From Nitrospirota bacterium (GTDB lineage Bacteria > Nitrospirota > UBA9217): DNA of 64,000 bases. Position 1 is the stretch's first letter. Every line of letters starts with the position of its first letter. The stretch covers positions 96,001-160,000 of the forward strand of contig CAVUHW010000022.1 of the NCBI GenBank assembly GCA_963741205.1. The letters are read 5' to 3'. Below, piece by piece: positions 31,123 to 43,500 of this stretch. The notes beneath the pieces were generated by a model, which worked only from the letters and a program-made list of their open reading frames with translations, had not been told where the DNA came from and searched no databases. Position numbers and translations under genes: made by a program.

Positions 31123-31806
31123 TCAGACGCCCTTCCTGGCCTTATCTCTTCGGTCCTCATGAATGCCGGTCACGCGGTCCTTGTACCGCGTGTTGATGAT
31201 GGCGCAGACCTCTTCGGGATCGTCGACCACGTGCATGAGGTCGAGGTCCTCGGGGCTGATGTTTTTTTCCGCGAGCATCGTCTTCCGGAGCCAGTCGAAC
31301 AGGCCTGCCCAGTACTCCTTGCCGACCAGCACGACCGGGAAGCTCCGTATCTTTTTCGTTTGAATGAGCGTGAGCGCTTCGAAGAGTTCGTCCATGGTCC
31401 CGAATCCGCCGGGGAAGATGACATACCCCACGGCGTATTTCACAAACATCAGCTTGCGCACGAAGAAGTAGCGAAATTCGACCCGAATGTCCTGAAACTG
31501 GTTTTGGGCCTGCTCCATGGGAAGCTCTATGTTCAGGCCGACGGAGACACCGTTTGCGTTCTGCGCGCCCTTGTTTGCCGCCTCCATGATGCCTGGCCCG
31601 CCTCCCGAGATGACGGCGAAGCCGTCTTTCGCCAGACGCTCGGTGATTTTCAGACACTTGTTGTAGTAGGGTGAACCGGGGGCGATCCGAGCGCTTCCGA
31701 AAATGGTCACGGCGGGTCCGACGCCGTTCAGGGCCTCAAAACCCTCAACCAGTTCCGCCATGATTCTGAACACACGCCAGGTGTCGGATTTTGCCAGATC
31801 TTCCAT
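31123..31806 (-). CDS. LOG family nucleotide phosphoribohydrolase (TIGR00730-like)
   Basis: FGSAR, GGGPGIMEAANKG and PGGFGTMDELFE motifs. Confidence 0.93.
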   Translation of the reverse strand: MEDLAKSDTWRVFRIMAELVEGFEALNGVGPAVTIFGSARIAPGSPYYNKCLKITERLAKDGFAVISGGGPGIMEAANKGAQNANGVSVGLNIELPMEQAQNQFQDIRVEFRYFFVRKLMFVKYAVGYVIFPGGFGTMDELFEALTLIQTKKIRSFPVVLVGKEYWAGLFDWLRKTMLAEKNISPEDLDLMHVVDDPEEVCAIINTRYKDRVTGIHEDRRDKARKGV

Positions 31807-31957
31807 GCTTGCTCCTCCCTGATGAGAACAAATTCCCTAATAATCTAAAACGCCAAATCGCAAATTCCAAATCCCGGTATAAGAGAAAGAGAAGAAACGA
31901 AAAATTCGGCGGAGAAAAGATGAGCGCTGCTCGACAACGGAAAAGAATGACTGTCGC

Positions 31958-32975
31958 TCACGCGCGTTCCCCCGTATTGTGAGCGTGCCGCGACATTTGC
32001 GCTGCGAGCTTAACGGCCTCCAGGAGACTCGTCGGGTCGGCGCAACCCTTGCCCGCGATATCATAGGCGGTCCCGTGGTCCACGGAGGTGCGGATGAGAG
32101 GGAGTCCGATGGTGACGTTGACGGCGTTCCCGAAGGCAAGCATCTTGAGAGGGGCCAGGCCCTGGTCGTGGTACATGGCGACGACGACGTCGTAGTAATT
32201 GTTTCTCGCCTTGTAGAACAGGGTGTCGGCGGGTATCGGGTCGCTTGCGTTGATGCCCTCCGCCCTGGCCTTGATCACGGCAGGAAGGATCGTGTCCCAT
32301 TCCTCGGAGCCGAAGAGTCTTCCTTCTCCCGCGTGGGGGTTCAGGGCGGCCACGCCGATGCGCGGTTTGTCGATGCCGAAGGAGCGCATGGCCTTGTGGG
32401 CCAGCCGCAGGGTCCGGTGAAGCGAGTCGGTCGTGATGCGCCTGGGGACGTCCTTGAGCGCGACATGAATGGTTGCGAGGACGACCCTGAGCCCGCCGCC
32501 CACGAACAGCATGCCGTAATCCTTCGAGTGCGTCAGGTCGGCAAGAAGTTCCGTGTGCCCCGCGTACCGGTGCCCCGCCGCATTCATCAGCTCCTTATTG
32601 ATCGGCGCCGTGACGATGGCGTCGGCCGCGCCGCTCAGGACCGATTCCACGGCTTTTTTTATGTACGCGACGACCGCCTTGCCCGAAGAGACGTCAGGCC
32701 TTCCCCAGCGGTGGCCTGCAAGGTCTACCATCCTGAGGTCAAGAACGTCCAGCCGGCCTTTCGCGGGGTCGGCCTCGGAAAGCGAATGCGATGGCGCGCA
32801 CGGAGACCGATAGATGCATCTCTTCGATCAACTTTTCCATCACCCCTGCATCGCCGACTACGACGGGCCTGCAGAGCGGATGGAGTTCGCCGCTTTCGAG
32901 GACCTTCGCTATGATCTCCGGGCCGACTCCGGCCGGATCGCCCATGGTTATGACGATGAGTGGTTTTCGTTCCAT
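31958..32975 (-). CDS. pdxA: 4-hydroxythreonine-4-phosphate dehydrogenase; one indel
   Basis: TMGDPAGVGPE, GHTE, LNPHAGE, MYHDQG and RTSVDHGTA motifs. Confidence 0.95.
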
Positions 32976-33245
32976 ACGTCTTCCTTCGGCAACCGGCTCT
33001 CCGAGGTTATCCGGTACGCCTCTTCCGTCCTGATTTTTTTCGACGGCGCGGCCGGCTCGGACAGGACCTCCAGCTCGATGATCCGCGTGGAAAATTTCAG
33101 CGTGATGACGTCTCCCTGCCCCACTTCTTTTGCGGGTTTGGCGTCATGGCCATTCACGAGCACACGGCCGGTCGTCGCACATTTCCCTGGCCAGGGTTCG
33201 ACGCCTTACAAGCCTGCTGGTCTTGAGGAACAGGTCCAAACGCAC
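32948..33245 (-). CDS. S4-domain RNA-binding protein (YabO/Hsp15-like); one indel
   Basis: GTG start reads MRLDLFLKTSRLVRRRTLA, joining VNGHDAKPAKEV. Confidence 0.8.
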
Positions 33246-33329
33246 GGGTTCATTCTCGTGGAAATACGGAGGTTTGACAACCGGAATCAAGTCTGCCCGG
33301 ATGCGCGAAGACTTGTATGACGAGGACGG

Positions 33330-34739
33330 CTAATGGATCGCCGCCTCGATCCGTTTGATGGTCTTTTCCTTCCCCATCACCTCGAGCACGTCAAAGATGC
33401 CGGGGCTTACGGTGCCGCCGGTCAGGGCCACGCGCACGGGCTGGGCGAGCTTTCCGAGCTTGATGCCCTTTTCTGCCACGAGGGCATTGAACACCTTTTC
33501 CACTTCCGAATGAATGAAGGGTTCCACGGTTTTCAGTCGTCCCGCCAGGTCCGAGAGGAGCGGCGCGACGTCGGGTGTCAGATGTTTCGTCTTCGCCTTC
33601 TCGTCCATCGTGATCTCGTCGACGAGAAACGGAACGGCCGCGGTCTTCATCTCGACGAGCGTATGGCTCCGCTCCGTGAGGATCTTCACGAGCTTCTTCA
33701 GCCACTCGCGGTCAGGCTCGCTGCCCGCGGCGACGATCCCGTCCTTCCTCAGGAGCTCGAGCATCAGAGCCGCAAGCCTGACGGGGTCTGCCTGCTGGAT
33801 GTAGTGGTGGTTCAGCCAGAGAAGTTTTTCCGGGTTGAAGACAGACGGGGCCTTGCCGACGTTTTCCAGCGAGAAGTTTTCGATGAGTTCCTTGTTCGAG
33901 AAGATCTCCTGGTCGCCGTGGGACCAGCCCAGGCGGGCAAGGTAGTTCACGAGGGCCTCGGGCAGATAACCGAGGTCGATGTATTCGGTCACGGCAGTCG
34001 CGCCGTGGCGCTTTGACAATTTCGTCTTGTCGGATCCGAGGATCATCGGCAGATGGGCGAACTCGGGCGGCTCGTAGCCGAAGGCCTCGTAAAGCTGTAT
34101 CTGGCGCGGGGTGTTGTTCAAATGATCGTCCCCGCGGATCACCTGTGTGATCTTCATCGTCACGTCGTCCACGACGACCGCGAAATTGTATGTCGGCAGC
34201 CCATCCGAGCGCTGGATGATGAGGTCGTCGAGCTGCTGGTTCTCGAAGGTGACTGCGCCGCGGATGAGGTCGCGGACGATGGTCTGACCTTGATCGGACG
34301 AGAGAAACCGGACCGCGGGCGTCCTTCCCGGAACAGGCCCGGAAAGCGATCGGCACTTCCGGTCGTACTTGGGCGGCTTGCCGGAGGCCAGGGCCGCCTT
34401 TCGTCTCGCCTCGAGTTCTTCGGGTGTGCAGTAGCAATAGTACGCTTTGCCTTCCTTCAAGAGCTTGTCGACATGCTCGCGATAGATGTCCATGCGGTCC
34501 GTCTGGCGGAACGGTCCTTCGTCCCAATCAAGGCCGAGCCATTTCATGCCGTCCAGGATGATCGCGATGGATTCGTCCGTGGACCGCGTGCGGTCCGTGT
34601 CCTCGATGCGGAGAATGAATTGTCCGCCGTGGTGGCGGGCGAAAAGCCAGTTGAACAGGGCCGTGCGTACGCCGCCGATATGCAGCGCGCCGGTGGGGCT
34701 CGGAGCAAAGCGGACTCGAACAGGACTTTGGGTACTCAT
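33330..34739 (-). CDS. gltX: Glutamate--tRNA ligase
   Basis: RFAPSPTG, HIGG, LRIEDTD and KLSKR motifs. Confidence 0.97.
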   Translation of the reverse strand: MSTQSPVRVRFAPSPTGALHIGGVRTALFNWLFARHHGGQFILRIEDTDRTRSTDESIAIILDGMKWLGLDWDEGPFRQTDRMDIYREHVDKLLKEGKAYYCYCTPEELEARRKAALASGKPPKYDRKCRSLSGPVPGRTPAVRFLSSDQGQTIVRDLIRGAVTFENQQLDDLIIQRSDGLPTYNFAVVVDDVTMKITQVIRGDDHLNNTPRQIQLYEAFGYEPPEFAHLPMILGSDKTKLSKRHGATAVTEYIDLGYLPEALVNYLARLGWSHGDQEIFSNKELIENFSLENVGKAPSVFNPEKLLWLNHHYIQQADPVRLAALMLELLRKDGIVAAGSEPDREWLKKLVKILTERSHTLVEMKTAAVPFLVDEITMDEKAKTKHLTPDVAPLLSDLAGRLKTVEPFIHSEVEKVFNALVAEKGIKLGKLAQPVRVALTGGTVSPGIFDVLEVMGKEKTIKRIEAAIH

Positions 34740-35169
34740 CGTGTTATGGGCTCCTTCTACAAGACGTTCACGTTGCGTAGGCGGCTATTATAGCAAATTA
34801 TCGGTCGAATCAAAAGCAAAATACGGGAAGGATTCCGGATGACTCAGAGATTTGCGGGACATCATATTCTAACTCTCAGCAAGTATGGAGGTTTCTGCGG
34901 AACAACATCCCTCTCATGTGTCGAAAGGAGCGCGAAGAGATATTATTAACTTCCCTGTCAACGGGATTTTTCAAAAAAAATGAGACACGCAAGCCAACTT
35001 GCTCAACCACGTACTTGATTTTCGTATACGAATGGAGGGCTTGATTGACAAAACAGCATTCTGGCTATGATTTAAATAACGCGGAATTCTAATTTGAAAC
35101 ATGCCCGCAGGAGGGACTGGACGCGGACAATAAGACAATAATATTATCTTTCACTTTCGGAGGTGTACT

Positions 35170-35616
35170 ATGGATATCCGGGTGTTATCGACAGTACCGG
35201 TTGTAGAAATTGACGGCATCAAATATCACCATCATCCCAATGGCGGCGGCATGGTGGCCGAGACCGCAGAAGTCGCGGATACCGTCTTCGTCGGTCCTTT
35301 CGCCAAGATATGCGGCCGTTGCAAGCTCACGGGCGAGGCCTTTATCTTCGGTAACGCATGGGTTTTCGACCAAGCCGTGGTTTCAGGACGGGCGGAAATC
35401 TTCGGAAACGCCAAGGTGTTCGGTCATGCAAAGGTTACGGGCGACGCCAAGGTTTTCGGTTTTGCCAGTGTTTACGGCAGTGCGATGGTCGGCGGCCTTG
35501 CTGAGGTGCGTGAAAGGGCCGAGGTCGGCGGAAACGCGAGACTATCGGGCAATGCAAGGGTCGGAGGAGAGGCCAAGATCCTGGGCGACGGCAAATCCGA
35601 AAAAAACGCGGCATGA
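35170..35616 (+). CDS. Left-handed beta-helix (hexapeptide repeat) protein
   Basis: HPNGGG motif followed by (GNAKVF)-type hexapeptides; GGAGG RBS. Confidence 0.8.
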   Translation: MDIRVLSTVPVVEIDGIKYHHHPNGGGMVAETAEVADTVFVGPFAKICGRCKLTGEAFIFGNAWVFDQAVVSGRAEIFGNAKVFGHAKVTGDAKVFGFASVYGSAMVGGLAEVRERAEVGGNARLSGNARVGGEAKILGDGKSEKNAA

Positions 35617-35888
35617 GCAAAGACCCCGGACCGGGTTAACCCGGGAGCTTCATCCCGCCTGCACCCAGCGCTTATGAGCCTGTGGCCAGTGCCTATGAGT
35701 GCGCCGCGCGAATACAGGCCATGCGTTAGCGCGAATGCAGGGTGAACGCCTCTAAAGCCTGCCCCAGCATGCTCTAAGCCGAGGGGAATCCTGTTTATCC
35801 GGGATGCCGGTGGAAACCCTATCCCCCCGGTAATATATTCGGGGATGTCAGTTGCACCGAGGGCGCGGCTTGGCCTGGATATCAGAAA

Positions 35889-35922
35889 TAAAAAAGGGAC
35901 GGTCCAATGGACCGTCCCTTTC
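35889..35922 (-). terminator. Terminator of atpBE
   Basis: aaaaaagggacggtcc-aat-ggaccgtcccttt. Confidence 0.8.
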
Positions 35923-35947
35923 TGTTGTTGCGCAGGATCTTCGGTGG

Positions 35948-36343
<396 letters not shown>

Positions 36344-36402
36344 TTACTACCTCCCGGGGGGGTCCCTCCTTGGGAAGGAATTTCGACCCCGGGGTCATGT
36401 GC

Positions 36403-37101
36403 TTAGTGGTGATCGCCTCCCAGGTGCGCCTCCTCGACGGATCCTGAAAGATAGAGCATGGTCAGCAGGGTGAACACAAGCGCCTGGACAAAGGCCACGA
36501 GAAGTCCCAGTCCGAGGATCGGCACCGGCGCGATATACGGCGCCAGGAGCGCGAGCACGAGAAGAAGTTTATGCTTGGCCACCATGTTGCCGAAAAGACG
36601 AAACGTGAGAGACATCACGCGGGCGAAATGGCTGATGAGCTCAATGGGGAGCATGAGCGGCGCAAGGGCCCAAATCGGTCCCATAAAATGCTTGATGTAT
36701 CCGATGCCATGTCGTTTGATGCCGATATAATGGGTCGCGGTGAAGGTCACCAACGCAAGCGCAAGCGTGGTATTGATGTTCGCGGTGGGCGAATCGAAGC
36801 CGGGGATGAGCCCCTGGAGGTTGCACACGAGAATGAACAGGAAGAGCGAGCCGATGAGCGACAGGTAGTGCGTGCCTTCCGGTCCCATGATATCCACGAC
36901 GAAGTTCTCGAGCGCGCTGACAATGGTCTCCAGAAAATTCTGCAAGCCCGTGGGCGCGGTCTTCTTGAGCGAGAAGCGCGCAGCCAGCGCGAGCCCGATG
37001 AGGATTGCCATGGCCAGCCATGAGTACGCAACTACGATCTGTCCCTCTTCTGAGAGACCCGGGATATTGAAATGGAGGAAAACCGGCGCTTCTTTCATCA
37101 T
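36403..37101 (-). CDS. atpB: ATP synthase F0 subunit a
   Basis: PTANINT, SLTFRLFGN and VQALVFTLL motifs. Confidence 0.95.
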   Translation of the reverse strand: MMKEAPVFLHFNIPGLSEEGQIVVAYSWLAMAILIGLALAARFSLKKTAPTGLQNFLETIVSALENFVVDIMGPEGTHYLSLIGSLFLFILVCNLQGLIPGFDSPTANINTTLALALVTFTATHYIGIKRHGIGYIKHFMGPIWALAPLMLPIELISHFARVMSLTFRLFGNMVAKHKLLLVLALLAPYIAPVPILGLGLLVAFVQALVFTLLTMLYLSGSVEEAHLGGDHH

Positions 37102-37314
37102 AACGTACACTCCTTATGCAACCCGTCTATAATACCCGAAAAATTTACAGGAACGCCTTTTTTTTGTCAAGAAAAAACCCGGAAACCCTCATAAAATTTA
37201 CTAATAAACGTATATAGGATTGTTAATGAAACGGGAAAGGGAGCAGAATGCTATTCATCTGAGAAAAGAGAACTCTGCTTACAGGAGAGATGTCAGCGAC
37301 TTGCAACAATGAAA

Positions 37315-37338
37315 CGGGCGGGCATTTCTGCCCGCCCG
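37315..37338 (-). terminator. Stem-loop ending the surface-protein operon
   Basis: cgggcgggca-tttc-tgcccgcccg. Confidence 0.55.
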
Positions 37339-37376
37339 AAATTGAATGGATTTTTTTAGCGGCCTCATCCCGGTTC

Positions 37377-39232
37377 TTACTGTGCTCATAGCACGATTAC
37401 ATAAGCGGGAATCCGGCTACGGCAACAGGTTCGCTGTAAACGTTCCGTGATGCTACGACCGGTCCGGTTGTCCATGCCCCCCTGTCACGGAACCGGCGGC
37501 TGATCGTACCACCCATGGAACCGGGGAATTGCGGCGCTGTAGCGCCATCGTCACTTGTCATTGCCAGGCCGGGGACGCCAGGGTTCCCGAGGATGGCATC
37601 AGACCTGTAGGCGGGAAGGGAGCAGGCGGAATGCCGAGGACGCCGCCCGCGTCCACAGTCCCATCGAGAAGATCGTCGCTCTCCGGTTGTTTCGCCAGGC
37701 CTTTGAAAAATCTGGCACACCCATGTGCGGAGCCGTCGATTGTTAACACCAAACGCAACGGTGCTCGGTAAAGTCCGGGCGCCTTTGTGTCGGAGTGCGT
37801 TCCTACGTAGAGACCGACAAAGGCATTCGTTGCTGTGACGAAGCTTAGCGGCGGTATCGTCAGGGCCGCGAGTTGTGAGACCTGTGCTGTTAGCCGTGAC
37901 CGATGCGGAGCCCATCGGGATTAACGATCCCGGTCAGGAAGGCGGCGGGCGAACGGAGTGGAACTCCGGAGATAAAAACGACTCGCTCGTGCCGGGCATG
38001 CCGCCGATTGCGATGACGGTACCTGTGCTCGTGACAATGCCGGAAAGCGTGGCATACCGGCCGCCCTGACGAGACGGCGAGCGCAGACTCCCGTTTCCTG
38101 TCCCTGTACAAAATGCCCATTTACCTGGCCGTCGGCCAGAATGCTGAGATCAGCCGCAATGTGACCTGAATCGCCTGCGACAGGTGGGACTCCGGGGTCG
38201 GCTGGCAAGCGCAAGCTTACCTGGCCGCACTGCGGGAGCGACGGCCTTCTCGAACAGGAAGGCTACCTGCTGAGGTAAGTTATTCAACGTGAAGCTCACA
38301 GACGCGGTCAACTGTGTTGCCGAGGCCACCGCCCCCGTGATCGTCATGTGCGGCGGGAGGCAGGTGCGGGAGCGATCTCCGCTGCCGAATGCCTGCAGGG
38401 AGCCGTTGAGGTCCACGTGCCCGCGATGGTCCAGGTTGGACCGTCGATACTGGCCGCAATGCCCGTCACGTTAAAGCCGTCTCCCGACTAGGTTCGGCGT
38501 TAAGGAAAGCTTCAGCCCGAGCTTCGGGGTCGTTGCAGAATCAAGGGCCGCAAAAACTCCCGCCGTCGGCGTTGAGGGGTTGAGAGCGTCTGGATGTGCG
38601 CGAGTGCTTCAGTTGGAGTGACTACGGTCTTTAGAGGCGACGATAGCTCCGAGAATCGGAACCAGGTCCACAGCCGCAGCGCTTAAGTTCACAGCGGGGA
38701 CCGAAGCCGCATTCGTGATTGCGAAGGAGGACATTGACATGGTCGGCTGCCGTTATGGGGTTTGCGTTCACCGTCATGAGGAACTGCGTGATCTGAACGA
38801 TTCTCGGGTCGGTGGTCGTGGCTGCCGAGTCGACGGCCTGGACGAGATCAACCGGCGTTATGAGGGATTTGCCCGGGGCCTGGCCGAGAACGACATTGCC
38901 CAGCTTGAACTGGACATGAGCCCCGGCCTCGAATTTAAATGCCCCGGCTGCGTCCGTCGTGCCGGTCTGCGGCTCCGGACGATGCAGGTCAGCCCTTCCA
39001 CGGGGCCATCTACAAAGATGCCGGTAAGGAGCGGCGCCGCAGGGGTGGCAGGGTTGGTAGTTGTCGGGTTAGTCGTGGTTCGGGTTCGATGTCGTGTTAT
39101 CCGGGTTCGTCGTGGCGAGCGAGTTATCGGTCCCGCTTTTGTGACAGGCGGCGAACGAGAATTAAGCAGAATTAAAAATACAAAGCAAAGAAAGCTTACG
39201 CATATACAAATACTGGAGTTAATCTTAGTCAT
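37377..39232 (-). CDS. Exported or lipoprotein surface protein, heavily frameshifted; ends approximate
   Basis: Hydrophobic N-terminus, Thr/Pro linker (TTTNPTTTNPATP), TGIFVDGPVEGL motif and Gly/Ser/Thr-rich beta fragments in several frames. Confidence 0.5.
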
Positions 39233-39365
39233 CTGTGTTCTTCAATGAATGAACGTGCTCCTCCCGGATGAACATAAAACAATATAAAATAAGGGTTAAA
39301 AAGATATCAGTATATTTTTCAAGTTATTATCAGCTCAAAATGAGCCACCCAATTTGATGCCCCCT

Positions 39366-40596
39366 CTAATTTGAGTTCCATATACCTGTAACTATATCAC
39401 AATCATATTCCCTCTACAGACAACGGCGCTGCGGTGACGCCGCTGAGCGCCGCACCGTTGAACCCCTTGGCGAAAAAGTTTACCGCGAAGAATTGATTCG
39501 TCAGGGGGAAGATCGCCCCGGTGGTCGTTTGAACTGGATCGTGACAAACTCGCCCAGGCCGAAACCCAGGTCGTTCAGCATAGCGATATGCAGCAGGGCA
39601 GGGAGTCCTATGGATGCGGGGGTGTACTTAGCCACCACGAGACTATTGTTGCCGACGGCGGCAACGCCGGAGATCGAGACGACCCCCGCCGTAGCTTCCC
39701 CCGTGAGTGGGTCGGCGTCAACGATCACGCCCGCGGGCAACGCTATAGTCATGTCTATCCCGAAAATGACAAACGGTATGCCGACAGTTGCCAGCTTGAG
39801 CACTCCGGCGGTGGGCGTGGTAAGAGGTCCGACCGTCACGCCCGTCACGTTAGAGATGCTGCTGCTGAAATTTGTTATGGCCCCGTTAATCAGGACAGTG
39901 GAGTCCGTCGAGAGCTTGCCGCCGTGTTCCTTCTCGTCACCCATCTTGCCTATCAGCCGCACCAGGGCATCTTCCAGCGATTCTCTCGCACCCTTGTTGT
40001 CGTTTATCAGCTGCGAAAAGGTCCCGCAGGCGAACGCGTACTTTTTCTGATCATCGGTTCCGCCGTTCGGATCTGGCAGGGTTGAGATGATGTCCTTGAG
40101 GCCGAAGGTCGAGGCGACGCTCGCGTTCGCATTATTGATCGAGTCGGCGCTCAGAGGCCCGGCGCCCGTTGCCTTTCTAAAGGCCAGTTCGGTCATCGGG
40201 GTCACCGCCGCCGTTATGGCCGATCCGGTCTGAACATCGGGGATCATCGTGCGCAGGGGGGCATTGAGGGCAACCGAAGTGCCGCTTACCTCGTCTGTAA
40301 ACGAGCCACGCGTTACCTCTACGAGGACCGGCCCCTGGTACGATCCGAGGTCTATGGAGTAATTGCCGCCGGTATCCGTCTGTGCCTGTCCGATCGGTGT
40401 GGACAAGTCCGGAGCGCCAAAATTTATGGCGAACACCTTCACCGTTCCTGACTGGATCGGCCCCTTTGATACCATTCCGCTCAGGATTGTCGCCGGTTGA
40501 GCCGGAGGAGGCGTATTCCCCCCTCCGCCGCCGCAGCCGGACAGTGAGATGACCGCGAGAAATAAAATCGGAATGATGACAGAGCGCGATTCTCAT
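39366..40596 (-). CDS. Lipoprotein with N-terminal carboxypeptidase-regulatory-like beta domain and C-terminal cohesin-like domain; indels
   Basis: LSGCGGGG lipobox region, SKGPIQSGTVKVF, AVTPMTELA, then GIDMTIALPAGV..GFGLGEFVTIQF..GFNGAALSGVT. Confidence 0.65.
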
Positions 40597-40598
40597 GG

Positions 40599-43500
40599 TT
40601 ATCTCCTTTGTGATGATAATAAGTAGGGGTACAAGTTATCGAACCCCAGAACATTGTCGAACAAGCCGATGGCATTTTTCAGGATCAAGATGGCGTCGGC
40701 CACGTCGATCATGTTAGTCCGCGTAAAGATCGCCGTGAAAAATGTCCGCGAATGCCGGAATATCAAGCCCGACCGCTATGCGCAGGGCCTTGAGGGCGTC
40801 CGCAGCGGTCACGCCAAATACACCATCGAGTTCGGCGTCGGCTTCGATGACGAATATGTGGAAATCCTCGAAGTTCACGTTTCCGCACAAGTCACGGGCC
40901 TCGACCCTGATTATATTGTCTCCGGGCTTGAGGTCGTCAACCGTGCAGCTCCACGCTGACCCGTTGACCGTTACGGGCGCAGAGTAAGCTGCCCCGTTAA
41001 CCGTCATCGTCGGCGTTACTCCGGCCTCAACCGTGCCGGTAATGGCCTCGGGCGCGCCGGTCTTGGCCACCTTTTTAACGTTTGCGTCTACGTTGATAAC
41101 CGGCTTGATGTCATCGTGGTTAAAGTCGACCTTCTCTTCGGCCTTATTTCCGGCCGCGTCAATTGCGAAGACCTCGCAATGGTTCAGCTCTTCCACGAGC
41201 CCGAGGATCGTGGCGATCCATCTGGTTTTGTTATCGAAGTGAAGTCATCGAAGAATACGACATCGGCTTTCGCGTAATCGCAAATCACCTTGATTTTCGA
41301 CCCTATCTCCGCCGTTCCGGCGATCTCGATACTGTCCTGCCTGATACAGGCCGCGATAGCGCTGTCGACGTTTATGAAAGGTTCTTTGGTATCGACTATG
41401 ATGATAGCCGACGCGGTGCTGATCGACTCCTTTCGCGTCAGTGGCGTGCACCGTGACCGTATTAGGCCCTTCCCGAGAGCCCGCTGATCCGGGCGCTCCA
41501 GCTTGTGCCGGTGACCGTGACGGGGCCGACCGCGGCAGGAGTGTCAACGGTGACCTTGACCGTAGACCCCGCATCCACCGTGCCGGAAACGGTCTGGTAA
41601 TTGACATTCGTAGGCGTTCACGTTAATGGTCAAAACCGGCTGCACGGTGCTGTCGAGAACGATCGTGTCGAAGTAGACTGTTAATTCTCTATTGCCGAGT
41701 CTCTGAACCTGACATAGATCCTTTTCTCCCCATCTCCTGCGGGAAGGGTAATGGGCCTGACTGCGAGCAAACATTTCATAGGGGGAGAAGATTCAATACC
41801 ATCGGTGCTGAACTTCATGGAGGTAACCGCGCTCGGACCGGCCGCGCTCAGGTAAAGGGTCACGAAGGGAGAGTTGGTGACGGCGTCATCGGTGTTGATG
41901 ACGACCGAGCCGACCGGAGCGGTAATGCCGGCAAGGATGGTCTTGGTTATCGTTTTCGTCACTCCGGCAAGGTCAGTGGCCGTGGCGCTGATCGATATTT
42001 TCACCCTGAACGAGCCCGGTACATGGAAGCTCCAGGTGTTGCCGGAACTGCGACGGTCGCCGTACGCCGGCGCTCGCCGTTCACCTGAATCGTCGGCGCA
42101 GCCATGATATCCGCCCCAACCTGCTCCAGCGTTCCGTTGATTGTCTGGCTGGTCTGTTGGTCGGGGAGACGACAAACATCGTGAAGGCCGGCAGGATATC
42201 CGCCTGGCCGTTGAATCCCGTGGCAAGAAGCCTGGTCATGGGCAACTCCGGGTCGCCTTGGGGAAGCAGAAGCTCCGGATGGTCGAAGGGCGCCGATTCA
42301 AGCGCACGCGGGGATCGGTGAGCGCCTTCAGGAATTCCACCACTTCGGCCCTGTGATTGTTCGCACTGCCGAGCGTGCCGATCGGCGACATTTCCTCGTC
42401 CATTTCCGGGTTCGCGAAGTTCCCGCCCCGGGCGTAAAATTCCACCACTTCTTCGAGGGTGAACATGCTGCCGTTGTGCATATAGGGAGGCGTCAGTTCC
42501 ACGTTGCGGAGCGACGGGATCTTGAGAGGCGCCGTCAACGGCAACAGGTGACGACGCAGTCAGCGCCGTTCAGGAGTGGGAAGGTCGCGAAGGGTATCGA
42601 CGACGAATTCGTGCCTTGGAGATCGCTTGGGCCGCGAAGGAGAGCGGGAAATTGATCACGCCGCCCCTTTGCCTATGTCATCTGCAGTAGGCCTGACCCG
42701 ATGTTGTTGAAGCCGATGTCGCTTACGAGAGCCGTTCACATCGGTCGCGCCCGTTTCGATCAGGCTGCCGGTAGCGGCAATGGTGGCCTCAGCATTGGAG
42801 ACCGACGCGCCTGTGAGCTCAGAGCCGCTGTGGCACTTGGCGCATTGCGAGGAAAAGATTCCGAAACCGTTCTGAGCATTGGCGCTCATAGCGGTCGAGA
42901 TTATGCCTTTCGACACATCGTCGAGATATTGGTCGAAGGGGGTCTGGTCGGAGACCAGGGTCGCTTCGTAGAGCTGAATAGCGAGCCCCCAGAAGAGCGA
43001 GAAGTTGGCCTCCATCTGGGTGAATGTCAGTCGGTGTACCCCGTGGTCAAGATGCGTCGTGGTCAGGGTCGTGGACGTGAGATTGCTCACAAAGGCGTCC
43101 TTGATCATCTGATCGTAAGTGGTATTAAGCCCCTTGGCGCCGCCGAGCGTCCCGTCGGCTTGAGCACGGCCCGGGAGAGGGGCCGAGCACGCTGTCCGTC
43201 GGGTGGACGGTCTGCTGCCCGAGCGGAGTGAGGCTGAGCATTTTCCTGCCCAGTTCCGGGAAGGTGCGGCCCTTGAACGACATCTCAACGTCGCTCAAGG
43301 GCGGTCCCACCGCCTGGGAGGCGAGGCTCGCATTCGGGATGGAGACCGTCTGCTGCGACCAGAGTGCCGCTGTTGTTGATCCAGATTCCGGCATTCACGT
43401 CGAGCGGGCCGATCGGGCTCGACCCGTTGAAGATGTTGTTTGCCCGGCCGTCCCAGAAGTTGGCGTAATTGAACACCGCGTTGACCGCCGGCGGGGTATT

